Sequence record: NC_020851.1
Strand: one strand, 5' to 3'
Length of the DNA stretch: 64,000 nt
Position 1 is the first letter of the stretch. Each line of letters begins with the position of its first letter. The translations under genes and the position numbers were made by a program. Below the pieces are notes generated by a model. The model was not told the origin of the DNA and ran no database searches. It saw nothing but the letters and a program-made list of their open reading frames with translations. Shown here piece by piece: positions 28,002 through 38,657 of this stretch.

Positions 28002-31000
28002 TTAGTATTTAATAATTGGACGCATTCCAAGATATGGTGGTAGGTTTTTATTGGTTGCAGAAGAACCTTGATTACCGGCAGTTCCACTGACAGTATGAGT
28101 ATGTCGAGTATCCAATCTTAACTGAACACCATTATTAAAATCAGTTTCCTCACCATCACCTACATTACCTTCATCGAATAATATCACATCACCACCACCA
28201 TGTGTTACACTGGGGCTTGGAGTAGCAGGTCTCCATCTAGCAATTCCACCTCTTTGATTTGTAGATCCAGTAACGGTGTGACTATGAGAAACTAATGTGG
28301 CATTAGCACTACCACCAGTATTACCAGGTGTTGCAGAATAACCTGCAAATCTATTCACTAAATTGGGAAGAGTTCCCGTTGCTCCATATGATGTGCCCAA
28401 TAAAGTGCGAAGGTCTTGTAATAATGATGCAGCAATGCCTTGGAACGTTCCTGATGTTGGAATTCTAGTACCATCACAATACAAATACCCTGCTGGTGTT
28501 GTTGCTGTTGCCACGTAAAATACAGAACCACGAGGCACTGATGGTTGCCAACTCACTCCGGTAGTTTGATTACTATCGGCAGTTAAAGCATATCCATTCT
28601 GCCCAACCTGAACTTTTGCAGCAGAATTATTTCCGGTTGCTACAATAATTTCACCTTTAGTATCCCAATCAAGATTACTAATTAAACTTCCTTGTCCACC
28701 AAGTCCAATAATAAAAGCACTTGTTCCAGATAAAGGTGCTGTCGTGAACCTTATTGTATTTGTGTTTTCTCCTCCAGATTGAACAATAAAATAATCAGAC
28801 CCTGGTTTTTGAATAACTCCACCAAGAGAAACAATTAAGTTTGCAGAACTTCCGGCAGGTATAAATGCGGCACTAGCACGAAGTAATGCAAAATCTGTAA
28901 GAGTTCCATTAAATTGTGATGAAATATCATCAACTACAATAGAGTTGCCAAGAGGAAAATCTCCAGTAATTGATCCAATCGAAGCAGGAGTAAATCCAAG
29001 TGCATTTGTAACTTCTCCACTTGTTATGAGACCTTGAGTTCCATTGGAACGCAACATATGATATATGTCGTTTCCATTTATATTTGTGAATGATGGTGTT
29101 GTTGCAATAAACTGATCTGCTGTGATAGATCCATCAACATCAACATTATCATTAATAGGTAGAATATTTGTGGTTGATGAAAGATTTTTTAATTTAGTGT
29201 CACCAGTAACTTTAAGTTCTTCTTTGATTCTTACATCTTTATCAAAAGTAACAGGACCACCAAATTGTGAGAGAACCTGTCCAGAATCTCCACCTTCTAC
29301 AACTAATCTTTCTTTAATTGTAACTTCATCAAATACTGCACTTAATCTTGATGGGTCTTCACCAGTCACAGTCGGAACTGGAATATCAAAATTAGTTTCT
29401 TCACCAGTTGCAGATGATTTCTTCTGATTTCCAATATAGAAATCACCTTTGTTATTCATACCAGTATAAACAACGAGACCAGAAGACCTTTCCTGTGCCT
29501 GTGACAAGAACTCTTCTCTTTCTGTGATTGTTCTGTCCTGAACCTGTGGAAGACCCGTAGAATAGTTTCCAGGACCATATCCAAGATACTCAAATGTATG
29601 ACCAGAAGCACGAATAATTGATGGTCTATGGAACTCAATTGAAGGAACTTTAATCTTTCTAATTGTTGAATTCTCAACGTGTGTTACGGGTGAAGTAGCA
29701 AGTGCTCCACGAATAACGGTAATTTCATCTGTAGGAGTTCCACTCAGAGAATCACTCGCAATTCTCATAATTTCATTATCAATCTGAATATAAGAACCTA
29801 ATGGGAACCTTGTCATAGTTCCGGCAATACCAGGACTACTTACAGAGAATGCTGTTGAAGTAGCATCAATACCACCAGATTCAGAAAGAGTTAATGTTTC
29901 TCCATCAAAAACAGTAATTGCTCTTGACTGAAGATTTTCATTTGACCTATCAGAAACACCACTATTTGATGATAATCCGTGCTTCAGAATAAATCCTGAT
30001 GCTGTTCCAATTCCACCAGTAACTTCAAATTCATTAAGTGTGGAGGATTCAACAATATAATCTCCAAAATTACTAGTGTTAATACCGATTACTCTAAACT
30101 TATTACCGACTACTAATCCATGACCAGGGGCAGTAACAACATCCCCAGAAGCAGTAAATGCAACAGAAGGTGCCGTTATAAATGCATAATTATCTGAAGT
30201 AATTACCGGATCACCAGTTGTTCTTGCAATTGAAATACTATTTCTACCAGTGACACTATCAATACGATGATAAGTATCAGTTCCTATTCCAACACCAGTA
30301 AACTGAACTACATCTCCAATATGAGATGAAATATCAGCAGAAGTGACCGTAAATGTATTAGGAGTTCCTGCTCCGATTACACCAGTATCTAAGAAATATG
30401 TTCCGTCAGAATAATTAGAACCTCCGTTCATTATTTCTACAGAATTTATAGTAGTTCCGGCAACAGAAACTTTTGCCGTTGCTCCATTCCATTGGGTCAA
30501 TCCTATATTATTGTAAATTTTTACATTAAAATAAGTTCCTGGAGTAAACCCTGATGTTGCACCAAGAGTTCCAGTTACAATACTATTAAAGTTGTGATTT
30601 CTATCAAAAGTAATAGTTGGTGTTGTTGATGTTGGATTTGTGACTGATGCAATATCAAGACCAATGCCGAGTGATGTTAGTAATAAGTTGGCACTTTCTC
30701 TTGTAATACTCTTTTTAAGGTCATCTGTCTGAACTTCTCCAATTGGAGACCTTAAGGCATATGTGGTTGCTGAATTGGGGTCATCATTAGGATTATCTCT
30801 ATCAAGTTGTGGATACAAATCAGTTACATTTTGACTATATTCGAGATTTGTAAATTCATTCTGAATTGCATTATTAGAATTCAGCGTATAAAGGTGATAC
30901 ACACCATTTGAATCTCCATCACTATATTCAGAGATTATCTCGTTCCTATAAACATAAAGATTTGACTGTAGGTCAGTTCTCTCAAATCTTGGAAGTGATG

Positions 31001-33707
31001 TTGTTCTTTCATTTACATTATTTGTAAATGTTCCTGGAGTTGATGTTGTTGTATATGTAAATTCTAAATCATTTGTTGCAGAAACACTATCGACATTATA
31101 TGTTCCATTATATCCCTTATCAATTAATCCAGTCGTGTTTGTGGAATCAGTTACATTTTTAATAGTGACTGAATCTCCAACTTTTAAACTGTGAGGTAAT
31201 TCTGTAATAACAGTGACTGTATCTGTTGGGTTTGAGAATGAACAAGTGCTAATGAATCTTGGGTTACGATTGTAATCATAATTAGTAGAATCGATAGTAG
31301 TTCTATTCGTATCAGCAGTTCCTACATATCCAGTTGTGCTAGATTCTTGAAGAACAAATCCTGCTTCTGGTGTCTTTGCATTTGAAAGTTGACTTGGAAC
31401 TACAACTCTAACTTTATAAATTTTCTCATCTAAACTTCTATTATCTGGTGTTCTCTTAATAATAGTTGGTTCTGTCGCACCAGATAGGGAATTTATGGCT
31501 GATGCCATAGTACCGGCATTAGTTACATTAATATACCATTGACTTCCATCCCACTGAACTGGGTGTCCGGCATCACCAGATTGTTTATCAGAAACTCTCG
31601 TAAGAATTTTTAGATTTGTTCCACCATATACTGTAATTGGTTCATCTGCAAGTGCTTCTGCTTCTGATGCGGCAAGTTTAACAGTCGTATTATTTGGAGC
31701 AATTGCATAATAAACTGTGTTAGTTCTTAAATTTTCTGGTAGATCTCCATCATCACTAATAATGATAACTTTTTCACCTGTTACTATTCCATGTGTTCCT
31801 GTCGTGAATATATTTGATGAAGGTCCAGAAGTTACCGGATACTCTTTGAATGATGAAGAACCATCCGACATTAAAATATCTGCCGAATATTCTGTTCCTC
31901 CAACAGTAAGGAAAAGTTTATCATTTACTTTTGCACCAACACGATAACCTTGTGTAAGAATTGGTGGTTTTACATCCTCATTATCAAATCCAAAGAGATA
32001 TAATTTAGTTGAAGTATTTGTTGCATCCTGATCAAGAGTCAACCAATCAATATCCTCTTCAATTGAATGTAATGCTCTTGGAGGAATAATATGAGTAATA
32101 AATGCCTTATTATCCTTCTCAAATGCTTCTTTCTTAAATCCTTCAGAGATTAGTGATAATTGACCAAAGTTGGAGTTTGAGTTGGTTACAGAGGCATCTC
32201 CACCACTCTGTGCCTCAAAGTGCTTGTTATATCCAATCGCAAAAACTGAAACAATTTGAACAATTGCATCATTGCTCATCTTAATATGAGTTTGTTCCCA
32301 TCCTTTTCTATAGATTGCATCAGAATCTAAATGGTATACAATTCCACTAGATGAAGATTTTGAAGATAATACTGAACCAGTTTGTGTTGTTCCTGATGAA
32401 TAAAAATCATTTCTATATTCTCTAGATGATGGAATATACTTTACAAAGGCTCTATCATCTTTTTGAAGACTAATCCCAGTAAATTGAGCCACGACCATAC
32501 TACGGAATCCAGTTGCTTTGGATCCATCAGTATGCATTCCATTCATACCCCATACAGAACGCATAGAGATATTAAAGATGTAAGGAGAAGCACCAGAAAC
32601 AGTATCAGTTTCAATTGTTACGGTTCCTTCGTTTGGTGTTGCTGTAGGTGAAATTAGTGCTGGATCAGATGATATAGTATAGAAAAAGATATTATCACTA
32701 ATAGTACTAACTTCTGTAACTCTAGTTGAAATATTATACTGAGAATCTGATACATCCTTAATACGAATTGGTGTTCCTACATCTAATCCATGAGGAACTT
32801 GTGTTGTGACAGTAATTGTTCTTGTTGGTGTTGCACCATCACCTGATATAATTGATGTGATTACAATAGGATCTGATGCAAATGCACCAACAATCTCAAA
32901 CTCTGGTCTTACTGAAGTAAACCCTTCTTTATTTCCAGGGAATCTATCTAAAGGATCAACTTCTCGACCTGATCCGGCACTATATGCTTTTGATAGTTTT
33001 GCATAATACATCGCAAGGTCTGTTACACCTTGAGTGCCGACATCATTTACACCATCGGCATATTCAAATACCGTAAGTTTATGGTGTGAAAATGTTGGAG
33101 TTGATTTAAGTTCAAAATTATCTGGTTGTGTATAAACTGTTCCAAATTCATCTCCATCAAAAATAGAGAACTGCCAGAGATAACATGCTCCAGTAATTCT
33201 AAATATTGCAGAATTTAGTACATCATCATCAGTTGGATTCGGAACATAAAGAGGGCGTATCTTGGTCTTTCTTAAATCAAGACCGACAATTGAAGTTCCA
33301 CGAGGAACAATTACACCACCATTTACACTATTAAACTTATAAAGGTCATTATCTTTTTGTGTTAAGTCAAAAACGGAATCCAATGTTAACTGATAATCCC
33401 TTATCGCAGTTCCATCAGGAGTGCTTGTTGTTCCACTACTATTAATAGAATAACCTGGACGATTATCAACTACATGATTACCAGGCATCAAGAGAATTGT
33501 AGTTTTCTCTGTTTCGTCGTTATTATTTCCCTTTACATATGAAAATCTCGCAGACTCAATTAATGCTCTCTGAATTGTCTTAAACGGACGAGCAAGTGAG
33601 TTTCCTTGATTACTAATACTATCAGTCGAGTCTAAATCTGATGGACTTACATATAATATACGACCTTCAGTGTTCTTAATAATAGAATCTAGTTTATTCA
33701 ATGGCAT
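28002..33707 (-). CDS. Large virion structural protein (1901 aa) with a C-terminal collar domain
   Basis: Conserved cyanophage N-terminus MPLNKLD...GRILYVSP; C-terminal VPRGSVFY...GYLYCDG...NLPPY collar. Confidence 0.8.
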   Translation of the reverse strand: MPLNKLDSIIKNTEGRILYVSPSDLDSTDSISNQGNSLARPFKTIQRALIESARFSYVKGNNNDETEKTTILLMPGNHVVDNRPGYSINSSGTTSTPDGTAIRDYQLTLDSVFDLTQKDNDLYKFNSVNGGVIVPRGTSIVGLDLRKTKIRPLYVPNPTDDDVLNSAIFRITGACYLWQFSIFDGDEFGTVYTQPDNFELKSTPTFSHHKLTVFEYADGVNDVGTQGVTDLAMYYAKLSKAYSAGSGREVDPLDRFPGNKEGFTSVRPEFEIVGAFASDPIVITSIISGDGATPTRTITVTTQVPHGLDVGTPIRIKDVSDSQYNISTRVTEVSTISDNIFFYTISSDPALISPTATPNEGTVTIETDTVSGASPYIFNISMRSVWGMNGMHTDGSKATGFRSMVVAQFTGISLQKDDRAFVKYIPSSREYRNDFYSSGTTQTGSVLSSKSSSSGIVYHLDSDAIYRKGWEQTHIKMSNDAIVQIVSVFAIGYNKHFEAQSGGDASVTNSNSNFGQLSLISEGFKKEAFEKDNKAFITHIIPPRALHSIEEDIDWLTLDQDATNTSTKLYLFGFDNEDVKPPILTQGYRVGAKVNDKLFLTVGGTEYSADILMSDGSSSFKEYPVTSGPSSNIFTTGTHGIVTGEKVIIISDDGDLPENLRTNTVYYAIAPNNTTVKLAASEAEALADEPITVYGGTNLKILTRVSDKQSGDAGHPVQWDGSQWYINVTNAGTMASAINSLSGATEPTIIKRTPDNRSLDEKIYKVRVVVPSQLSNAKTPEAGFVLQESSTTGYVGTADTNRTTIDSTNYDYNRNPRFISTCSFSNPTDTVTVITELPHSLKVGDSVTIKNVTDSTNTTGLIDKGYNGTYNVDSVSATNDLEFTYTTTSTPGTFTNNVNERTTSLPRFERTDLQSNLYVYRNEIISEYSDGDSNGVYHLYTLNSNNAIQNEFTNLEYSQNVTDLYPQLDRDNPNDDPNSATTYALRSPIGEVQTDDLKKSITRESANLLLTSLGIGLDIASVTNPTSTTPTITFDRNHNFNSIVTGTLGATSGFTPGTYFNVKIYNNIGLTQWNGATAKVSVAGTTINSVEIMNGGSNYSDGTYFLDTGVIGAGTPNTFTVTSADISSHIGDVVQFTGVGIGTDTYHRIDSVTGRNSISIARTTGDPVITSDNYAFITAPSVAFTASGDVVTAPGHGLVVGNKFRVIGINTSNFGDYIVESSTLNEFEVTGGIGTASGFILKHGLSSNSGVSDRSNENLQSRAITVFDGETLTLSESGGIDATSTAFSVSSPGIAGTMTRFPLGSYIQIDNEIMRIASDSLSGTPTDEITVIRGALATSPVTHVENSTIRKIKVPSIEFHRPSIIRASGHTFEYLGYGPGNYSTGLPQVQDRTITEREEFLSQAQERSSGLVVYTGMNNKGDFYIGNQKKSSATGEETNFDIPVPTVTGEDPSRLSAVFDEVTIKERLVVEGGDSGQVLSQFGGPVTFDKDVRIKEELKVTGDTKLKNLSSTTNILPINDNVDVDGSITADQFIATTPSFTNINGNDIYHMLRSNGTQGLITSGEVTNALGFTPASIGSITGDFPLGNSIVVDDISSQFNGTLTDFALLRASAAFIPAGSSANLIVSLGGVIQKPGSDYFIVQSGGENTNTIRFTTAPLSGTSAFIIGLGGQGSLISNLDWDTKGEIIVATGNNSAAKVQVGQNGYALTADSNQTTGVSWQPSVPRGSVFYVATATTPAGYLYCDGTRIPTSGTFQGIAASLLQDLRTLLGTSYGATGTLPNLVNRFAGYSATPGNTGGSANATLVSHSHTVTGSTNQRGGIARWRPATPSPSVTHGGGDVILFDEGNVGDGEETDFNNGVQLRLDTRHTHTVSGTAGNQGSSATNKNLPPYLGMRPIIKY

Positions 33708-33742
33708 TGTATTACTGCGTCTATGCTATTTCTATGACTTAT

Positions 33743-34051
33743 TTATCTCAGTAAATCTTCTTCTCCATTATAAAAACTTTGTATTTCTTCTGGTAAGTTT
33801 TCGGGATTTAATATTTCAATATCATCAAAGCAAGGATGACAATTTTCTAATATCAAATAATTAGAACCCTTGTAAATATCTTCTACCGAATAATCTTTGT
33901 TACTATATGCCTCTCTTACTATTTCCCGATCATAAAGATATCCCACAGGTAAATCATCAAACGTAAATGGGACATCATTTAAGAAGAACATTTTGACTAT
34001 CATCCTATAGTCATTATACCAACATTTCTTAGTGGTTACTGCGTAAGACAT
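33743..34051 (-). CDS. Conserved cyanophage hypothetical protein
   Basis: 102-aa ORF with FLNDVPFTFD...ENCHPCF. Confidence 0.65.
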   Translation of the reverse strand: MSYAVTTKKCWYNDYRMIVKMFFLNDVPFTFDDLPVGYLYDREIVREAYSNKDYSVEDIYKGSNYLILENCHPCFDDIEILNPENLPEEIQSFYNGEEDLLR

Positions 34052-34082
34052 AATATTATTCTTTCTTTTTATTTATTTTCAT

Positions 34083-34112
34083 AAAAAAAAGGTTCCCGCA
34101 CCACCAGGAACC
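34083..34112 (-). terminator. Rho-independent terminator after the tRNA cluster
   Basis: GGTTCCTGGTGGTGCGGGAACC hairpin followed by T8. Confidence 0.8.
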
Positions 34113-34210
34113 TCATGTTATTCACTCACCAAAGAAAAACCCTATCATATAATCTTCATTTCTCGCAGAGTGACTTTACATCTAGTGGGGCTAACTCCTT
34201 CCCCTTCCAA

Positions 34211-34285
34211 TACCCGTGATCGGACTCGAACCGATACTGTCGAAATTTTAAGTTTCGTGTCTACTGCCAATTGGACTACACGGGC
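34211..34285 (-). tRNA. trnL: tRNA-Leu(UAA), short variable loop
   Basis: GCCCGTG/CACGGGT acceptor, CGAAA-CTTAAAA-TTTCG anticodon arm, GGTTCGAGTCC T-loop; CCA not encoded. Confidence 0.85.
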
Positions 34286-34289
34286 ATAA

Positions 34290-34425
34290 CATTACACTTA
34301 TCCGTATGCTATGTGGGCATCACACCCAGTATACTGACAGTTTGTAATGGAGCAAAAAGAAAGTAACCAACTCTCTAGATCACAGTGTGGTTAGCACCGT
34401 CGCGGGCGAGCTCATTCCCCGTCTA
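34290..34425 (-). ncRNA. Candidate structured RNA between tRNAs
   Basis: GC-richer ORF-less spacer with pairings AATGAGC/GCTCCATT, TAACCA/TGGTTA and TGGG/CCCA. Confidence 0.4.
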
Positions 34426-34426
34426 A

Positions 34427-34499
34427 TGCAGGTTGTGGGAATTGAACCCACCTTCGCCGTTTTATGAGAACGGTCCATTCACCAGATTGGTAAACCTGC
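34427..34499 (-). tRNA. tRNA with CAU anticodon (elongator Met or Ile2)
   Basis: GCAGGTT/AACCTGC acceptor, CCGTT-CTCATAA-AACGG anticodon arm, GGTTCAATTCC T-loop; no initiator features. Confidence 0.85.
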
Positions 34500-34502
34500 A
34501 GA

Positions 34503-34590
34503 TACTCGTGGATCGATTTGAACGATCTCAAAGGCACTAATCGGGTGCAAAGAGTTTATAAGACTCCCCTGACTACCAAGTCTCACGAGC
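34503..34590 (-). tRNA. trnI: Atypical tRNA-Ile(UAU) with a long variable arm
   Basis: GCTCGTG/CACGAGT acceptor, GGAGT-CTTATAA-ACTCT anticodon arm, GCAC/GTGC extra stem, GATCG-TTCAAAT-CGATC T arm. Confidence 0.75.
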
Positions 34591-34600
34591 AGATGATGAA

Positions 34601-34774
34601 CTACTGAGCTTCGTTATTGTCGTCAGTATGTATTCTTATTAGTTCATCATCTGCAGGCATCATGACTGCTGCCTTACCATCTTCTCTTACAATACCTATG
34701 GTTTCACCGTTTTCAACTCTCTCCATAAGGTCATCAAAATTGTCTTCCCATTCTTTCAGGGTAAAAACTTCCAT
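34601..34774 (-). CDS. Phd/YefM antitoxin-like protein (57 aa)
   Basis: Manual translation MEVFTLKEWEDNFDDLMERVENGETIGIVREDGKAAVMMPADD..., matching the Phd pattern (..F..L...V..GE.I.I.R.GK..AV.MP). Confidence 0.7.
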   Translation of the reverse strand: MEVFTLKEWEDNFDDLMERVENGETIGIVREDGKAAVMMPADDELIRIHTDDNNEAQ

Positions 34775-34999
34775 TTACACCTCCAATGGTTCTGCATAAA
34801 ATAAAGCATCTTCTGGACAAGTATTACGAATGACCTCAAGAACATTCATGAACTGATCCACAGTATCACAAACAATTTCTTTGGTGTCTCCTTCACTAGA
34901 ATAGATGTAGAATATGCGTTTGGTAGGGTCTACAACACATCGTGTGAGAAACTCGTCTTGCATCTTGCCTTGGTTGCTTACCTTGTTATTATAACGCAT
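34775..34999 (-). CDS. Conserved cyanophage hypothetical protein
   Basis: Contains YIYSSEGDTKEIVC...QFMNVL. Confidence 0.65.
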   Translation of the reverse strand: MRYNNKVSNQGKMQDEFLTRCVVDPTKRIFYIYSSEGDTKEIVCDTVDQFMNVLEVIRNTCPEDALFYAEPLEV

Positions 35000-35038
35000 C
35001 TGAGTGCTGGTGTCAAGTGTGCCGGTTGGGGAAGTGGT

Positions 35039-36045
35039 TTAATTCACCACAAAGACCTGAACACAAAAGTCAATCGCATCATCAGTACCCTCAAGCATAC
35101 AAATCCAAGAAGAATTGCCATAATTTGCAAAAACCTGCTCCCATGCACCACCACTTTTAATCCATCCACTTTCACATTCTTTCCAAACTCCATTATCTTT
35201 TATAAACAGATTGCCAACATTTTTCCAACTTCCCCCATCCTTAACTCCCAAATTGAATGCATTATTTAAATATCCATCACCGGGATATGCATAACCTCCC
35301 CAGGTTAAAGATTCTCCACCCAAATAAAATGCTGTTCCAGGTCCACTAGAAGTGAAAGAAAGTAGATAATCATCAACTCCGGGTGTTGTTCTAGAATATG
35401 TGATAGTGGTTTCTGTCCCCGAAAATCCATTATTATTCAAACTTAAACCAGAAGGAACAGGATCTACACTTGTGGTGTAACCATCTTGACTTTTTGTTAC
35501 TCTTACAGTTCCATCAACACTAAATGTATACGTGTTACTTGATTCAGATACTGCAGCAAATTTTACTTGAGTGGTATTTCCATCCAATCTCATATAAAAA
35601 TTGCCATCTGATTTTTTAATAAATTTTGCTCCCATAATTTTTAACTCACTTGATACCAAACATCACCGTTATTTCCTTCTGTTGTTGGAGTATAAGTTTC
35701 AACAAATCTAGTTCCGTAAGCATTACTGGTAGATGGAATACTTATAGTTGAAATGCCTGCAGATTCGGATGTTGTAATTGGATTTGTTCCATCATATGAT
35801 GTTTGTTTTACATCTACACCAGAAAGAATTCCACCACTACCATCTGAAGATGCTGCGATGGTGAATTGTGTACCAGAATTTCTTGTGACGGTAACATTAC
35901 TTCCACCAATTATTGTGATATCATCATTAGTTGTTCCATCAACGTCTAGATTACCACCAATCTTTACATTCCTAAAAAATGTTACATCATCATTAAAATA
36001 AGTTTCTTCTCCAAATACATTAATATTGAGTGAATCTCTTGACAT
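35039..36045 (-). other. Two baseplate-associated structural ORFs (35039-35659, 35641-36045)
   Basis: Located downstream of gp5; W-K repeats (IKDNGVWK); Gly/Thr-rich. Confidence 0.55.
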
Positions 36046-36049
36046 TTTT

Positions 36050-36640
36050 CTAAAAGATTGAGGAAACGGCAGGACCCACTATAGGAAGATCTCCTATACC
36101 AGTAACTGCACCAGCAGTTTTAAGAAAATCTAATCCTACATAAGAACCATCAGTAACTCTTTGTAACCAACTACCAACAGTCATTTCTACCATATTTCCT
36201 GTAAGTCCGTTTACATCTACTGATTGTCCATCAAGATTAATTTTCCCATTTTTAGATACTATATTACAATTTCTACCTGCTTTTAAATCAATATCTTCGT
36301 CTGCCTGTATCATAATATTTTGACCCTTAATTTTTACATTACCATTATTCATACAAGTAATTGTAATATCACCATTAATAGTTGCTAAAACAAAACTAAC
36401 ATCTTTTGCCGAATTTTTTGTTCCGGCAATCATTTCTATACATTTATCATTATGTTGATGAAAAATTCCACTTTCAGAAAATAATTTTAAATCTACATCC
36501 TTATTTTCAGTATAAGCATAAAATCCTGCAATTGATGGTCCATCACCATTCATTTGAGGATCAGAAATACTAAAACTATAATTGGGTCCGTAAGAATCGT
36601 AAGAACGTAATTCTATATTTTGATTCGGTCTTTCTGCCAT
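36050..36640 (-). CDS. gp5 C-terminal/needle-like baseplate protein
   Basis: Beta-helix-like G-x-I-x-I repeats; directly follows gp5. Confidence 0.55.
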   Translation of the reverse strand: MAERPNQNIELRSYDSYGPNYSFSISDPQMNGDGPSIAGFYAYTENKDVDLKLFSESGIFHQHNDKCIEMIAGTKNSAKDVSFVLATINGDITITCMNNGNVKIKGQNIMIQADEDIDLKAGRNCNIVSKNGKINLDGQSVDVNGLTGNMVEMTVGSWLQRVTDGSYVGLDFLKTAGAVTGIGDLPIVGPAVSSIF

Positions 36641-36644
36641 TTTA

Positions 36645-38657
36645 TTATACGCAATCTATAACACTAATAATTTCATTCTGTGGAGGTTGTGGGGGAATAA
36701 ATGTTCCTATTATTGGTTTTATAAGTGCTCCAATACCAGTTTCTGTACTAATTGTAATTATCGGCAACTGAGTTACTTTCAATCTATTTATCGGAGATGC
36801 TGATATAATTTTTCCATCTTCGATAGTAAGATCATACTCTTCTCCATTATCATCAGTTGCGGTATCTCCAGGATCATATCCAGTTCCTGGATAAAGAACT
36901 ATTGTATCTACAATCGAACCATCATCTAATTCTATTTCAGAACCTTCGAGTGTATCTTCTACAGGATAATTTTCACCCTCCGAAACCATATAAACACCTG
37001 TAATTTGTCCATAGGTTGAAGAATTTTTGTCGTAATCAACAATTGCTCTTCCAACTGCACCGTATCCAAGACCACAAGAATCTTCAAAAGTAACCATTGG
37101 TGGAGCATAAGTATATTTAGAACCTGGATCTGTAATCTCGACTCCAATAATACTTCCAGTTCTTGCAACAGAAGATGTTATTTCTCCTAAACCATCAGTA
37201 TTATTGACAATTCCGCCCATAATTACTTTACCAGCACCACCTATACCATTTCCACCGAAGAATGATACTGTTGGTCCTCCACAACTTGTTGGAGTTCCAC
37301 AATCAGGTTTACTATATGGTGAAGTTAGTGTTGTTATGCCAGACAAAGCATTTGAAATATTTGCAAATTCCAAGGCATTATCTAAAATATCATTCACTTT
37401 TGCTTTATTTTTTGGACCATATCCAATTGTCCATTCCTTAACACCATCACATTTATCTGCAGTTTGATTACAACTAAAGAAATTTTGAATAGATTTTATT
37501 ACATCAACAGAACTACGAAGAAAATCTACAATTTTAAATCCTGGACTTGCCAATTCTAAAATCTTACTAATTCCACCTATAACAGAATCTAATCCGGACG
37601 ATATTTCATCAATAATACCATTCAAGAAAGATCCAATAAATTGTTCTGCCGTACAAACTCCAAAATTAACAACCTCTAAAACAGTTGATTCAATTAAATC
37701 TTTGAGTGTATCTCCAAGACCATTAATAATTTTTGCAGAAACACATGCAATTGCATCTTGTGCTGCTTTTAATGGAGGAACCATCGATTCTTGTGCGGCA
37801 ACACCAGCTAAATGTGCCGCAACTGGATTTCCTGTTGAAGCAAGAACTGCAGCATAAACCTGTTTATATAAAAGATCTAATCCACTTTTTAAAATTGGAA
37901 TTAATGCGGTATATAATGAGTTGAATAAAGTTCCTACAAACTGATTAGCAAGAACCTGTATTTTTTTAACTGCATTTTGAATGTCTTGAAGAAAATCAGT
38001 TCCTTCACTAATAATATTAATTAGATTTCCTAATATTCCAGTAACTTCTGTAGCAAAATTATCTTCACAAGTATCAGCAAAAGTTATAACATTTCCTGTT
38101 GCACTAGATGCTTTTACTTCTCTTGCTTTACCTTTCTCTTTATTGTTTTCATTTAGAGGATCAACATTTTCTATATTTCTAGGTTGTTTTTGATCCTGTG
38201 AACTTTGTCCTGTTGATTCTCGATCACTTTTTGTATCCGGTCTTTTTATATTTGTAGTATAACCAGTAAATGGAACAAAAGGATTTGATGGTTCAAGTGA
38301 TGGTGTAAATTGTGTTTTTCCAAAAGCACCCATAATCACCGGAATTTGTGCATCATCACCATCAAGAAAAAACCCTACAACAATATCTCCCTGATTAATC
38401 CTAGCACTTTGAGCAAATCCACCACCACCACTTCCTGCGGTTGTGGGCATCATAACTCCTGCCCAAGGAAGATCTTCATCAGAAAGTTCGATGTAATTAT
38501 CAGGGTGATATCCTAATATTCTAACCTTATATCTGAATGCCCAACCTTCTCCATTTGCTTGTTCTGGTGCAGAAGCAGTTTGTGCAATTTGACCAATCCA
38601 CCAACGAAATCCGTCTCGTCCAATAAAATTGCTTTTGAGTGTAGATTCTTCTATCAT
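36645..38657 (-). CDS. gp5: Baseplate hub/needle protein gp5 (no lysozyme domain recognised)
   Basis: N-terminal OB fold FRWWIGQI...RYKVRILGYH...LPWA...VVGFFLDG...PVIMG. Confidence 0.85.
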   Translation of the reverse strand: MIEESTLKSNFIGRDGFRWWIGQIAQTASAPEQANGEGWAFRYKVRILGYHPDNYIELSDEDLPWAGVMMPTTAGSGGGGFAQSARINQGDIVVGFFLDGDDAQIPVIMGAFGKTQFTPSLEPSNPFVPFTGYTTNIKRPDTKSDRESTGQSSQDQKQPRNIENVDPLNENNKEKGKAREVKASSATGNVITFADTCEDNFATEVTGILGNLINIISEGTDFLQDIQNAVKKIQVLANQFVGTLFNSLYTALIPILKSGLDLLYKQVYAAVLASTGNPVAAHLAGVAAQESMVPPLKAAQDAIACVSAKIINGLGDTLKDLIESTVLEVVNFGVCTAEQFIGSFLNGIIDEISSGLDSVIGGISKILELASPGFKIVDFLRSSVDVIKSIQNFFSCNQTADKCDGVKEWTIGYGPKNKAKVNDILDNALEFANISNALSGITTLTSPYSKPDCGTPTSCGGPTVSFFGGNGIGGAGKVIMGGIVNNTDGLGEITSSVARTGSIIGVEITDPGSKYTYAPPMVTFEDSCGLGYGAVGRAIVDYDKNSSTYGQITGVYMVSEGENYPVEDTLEGSEIELDDGSIVDTIVLYPGTGYDPGDTATDDNGEEYDLTIEDGKIISASPINRLKVTQLPIITISTETGIGALIKPIIGTFIPPQPPQNEIISVIDCV

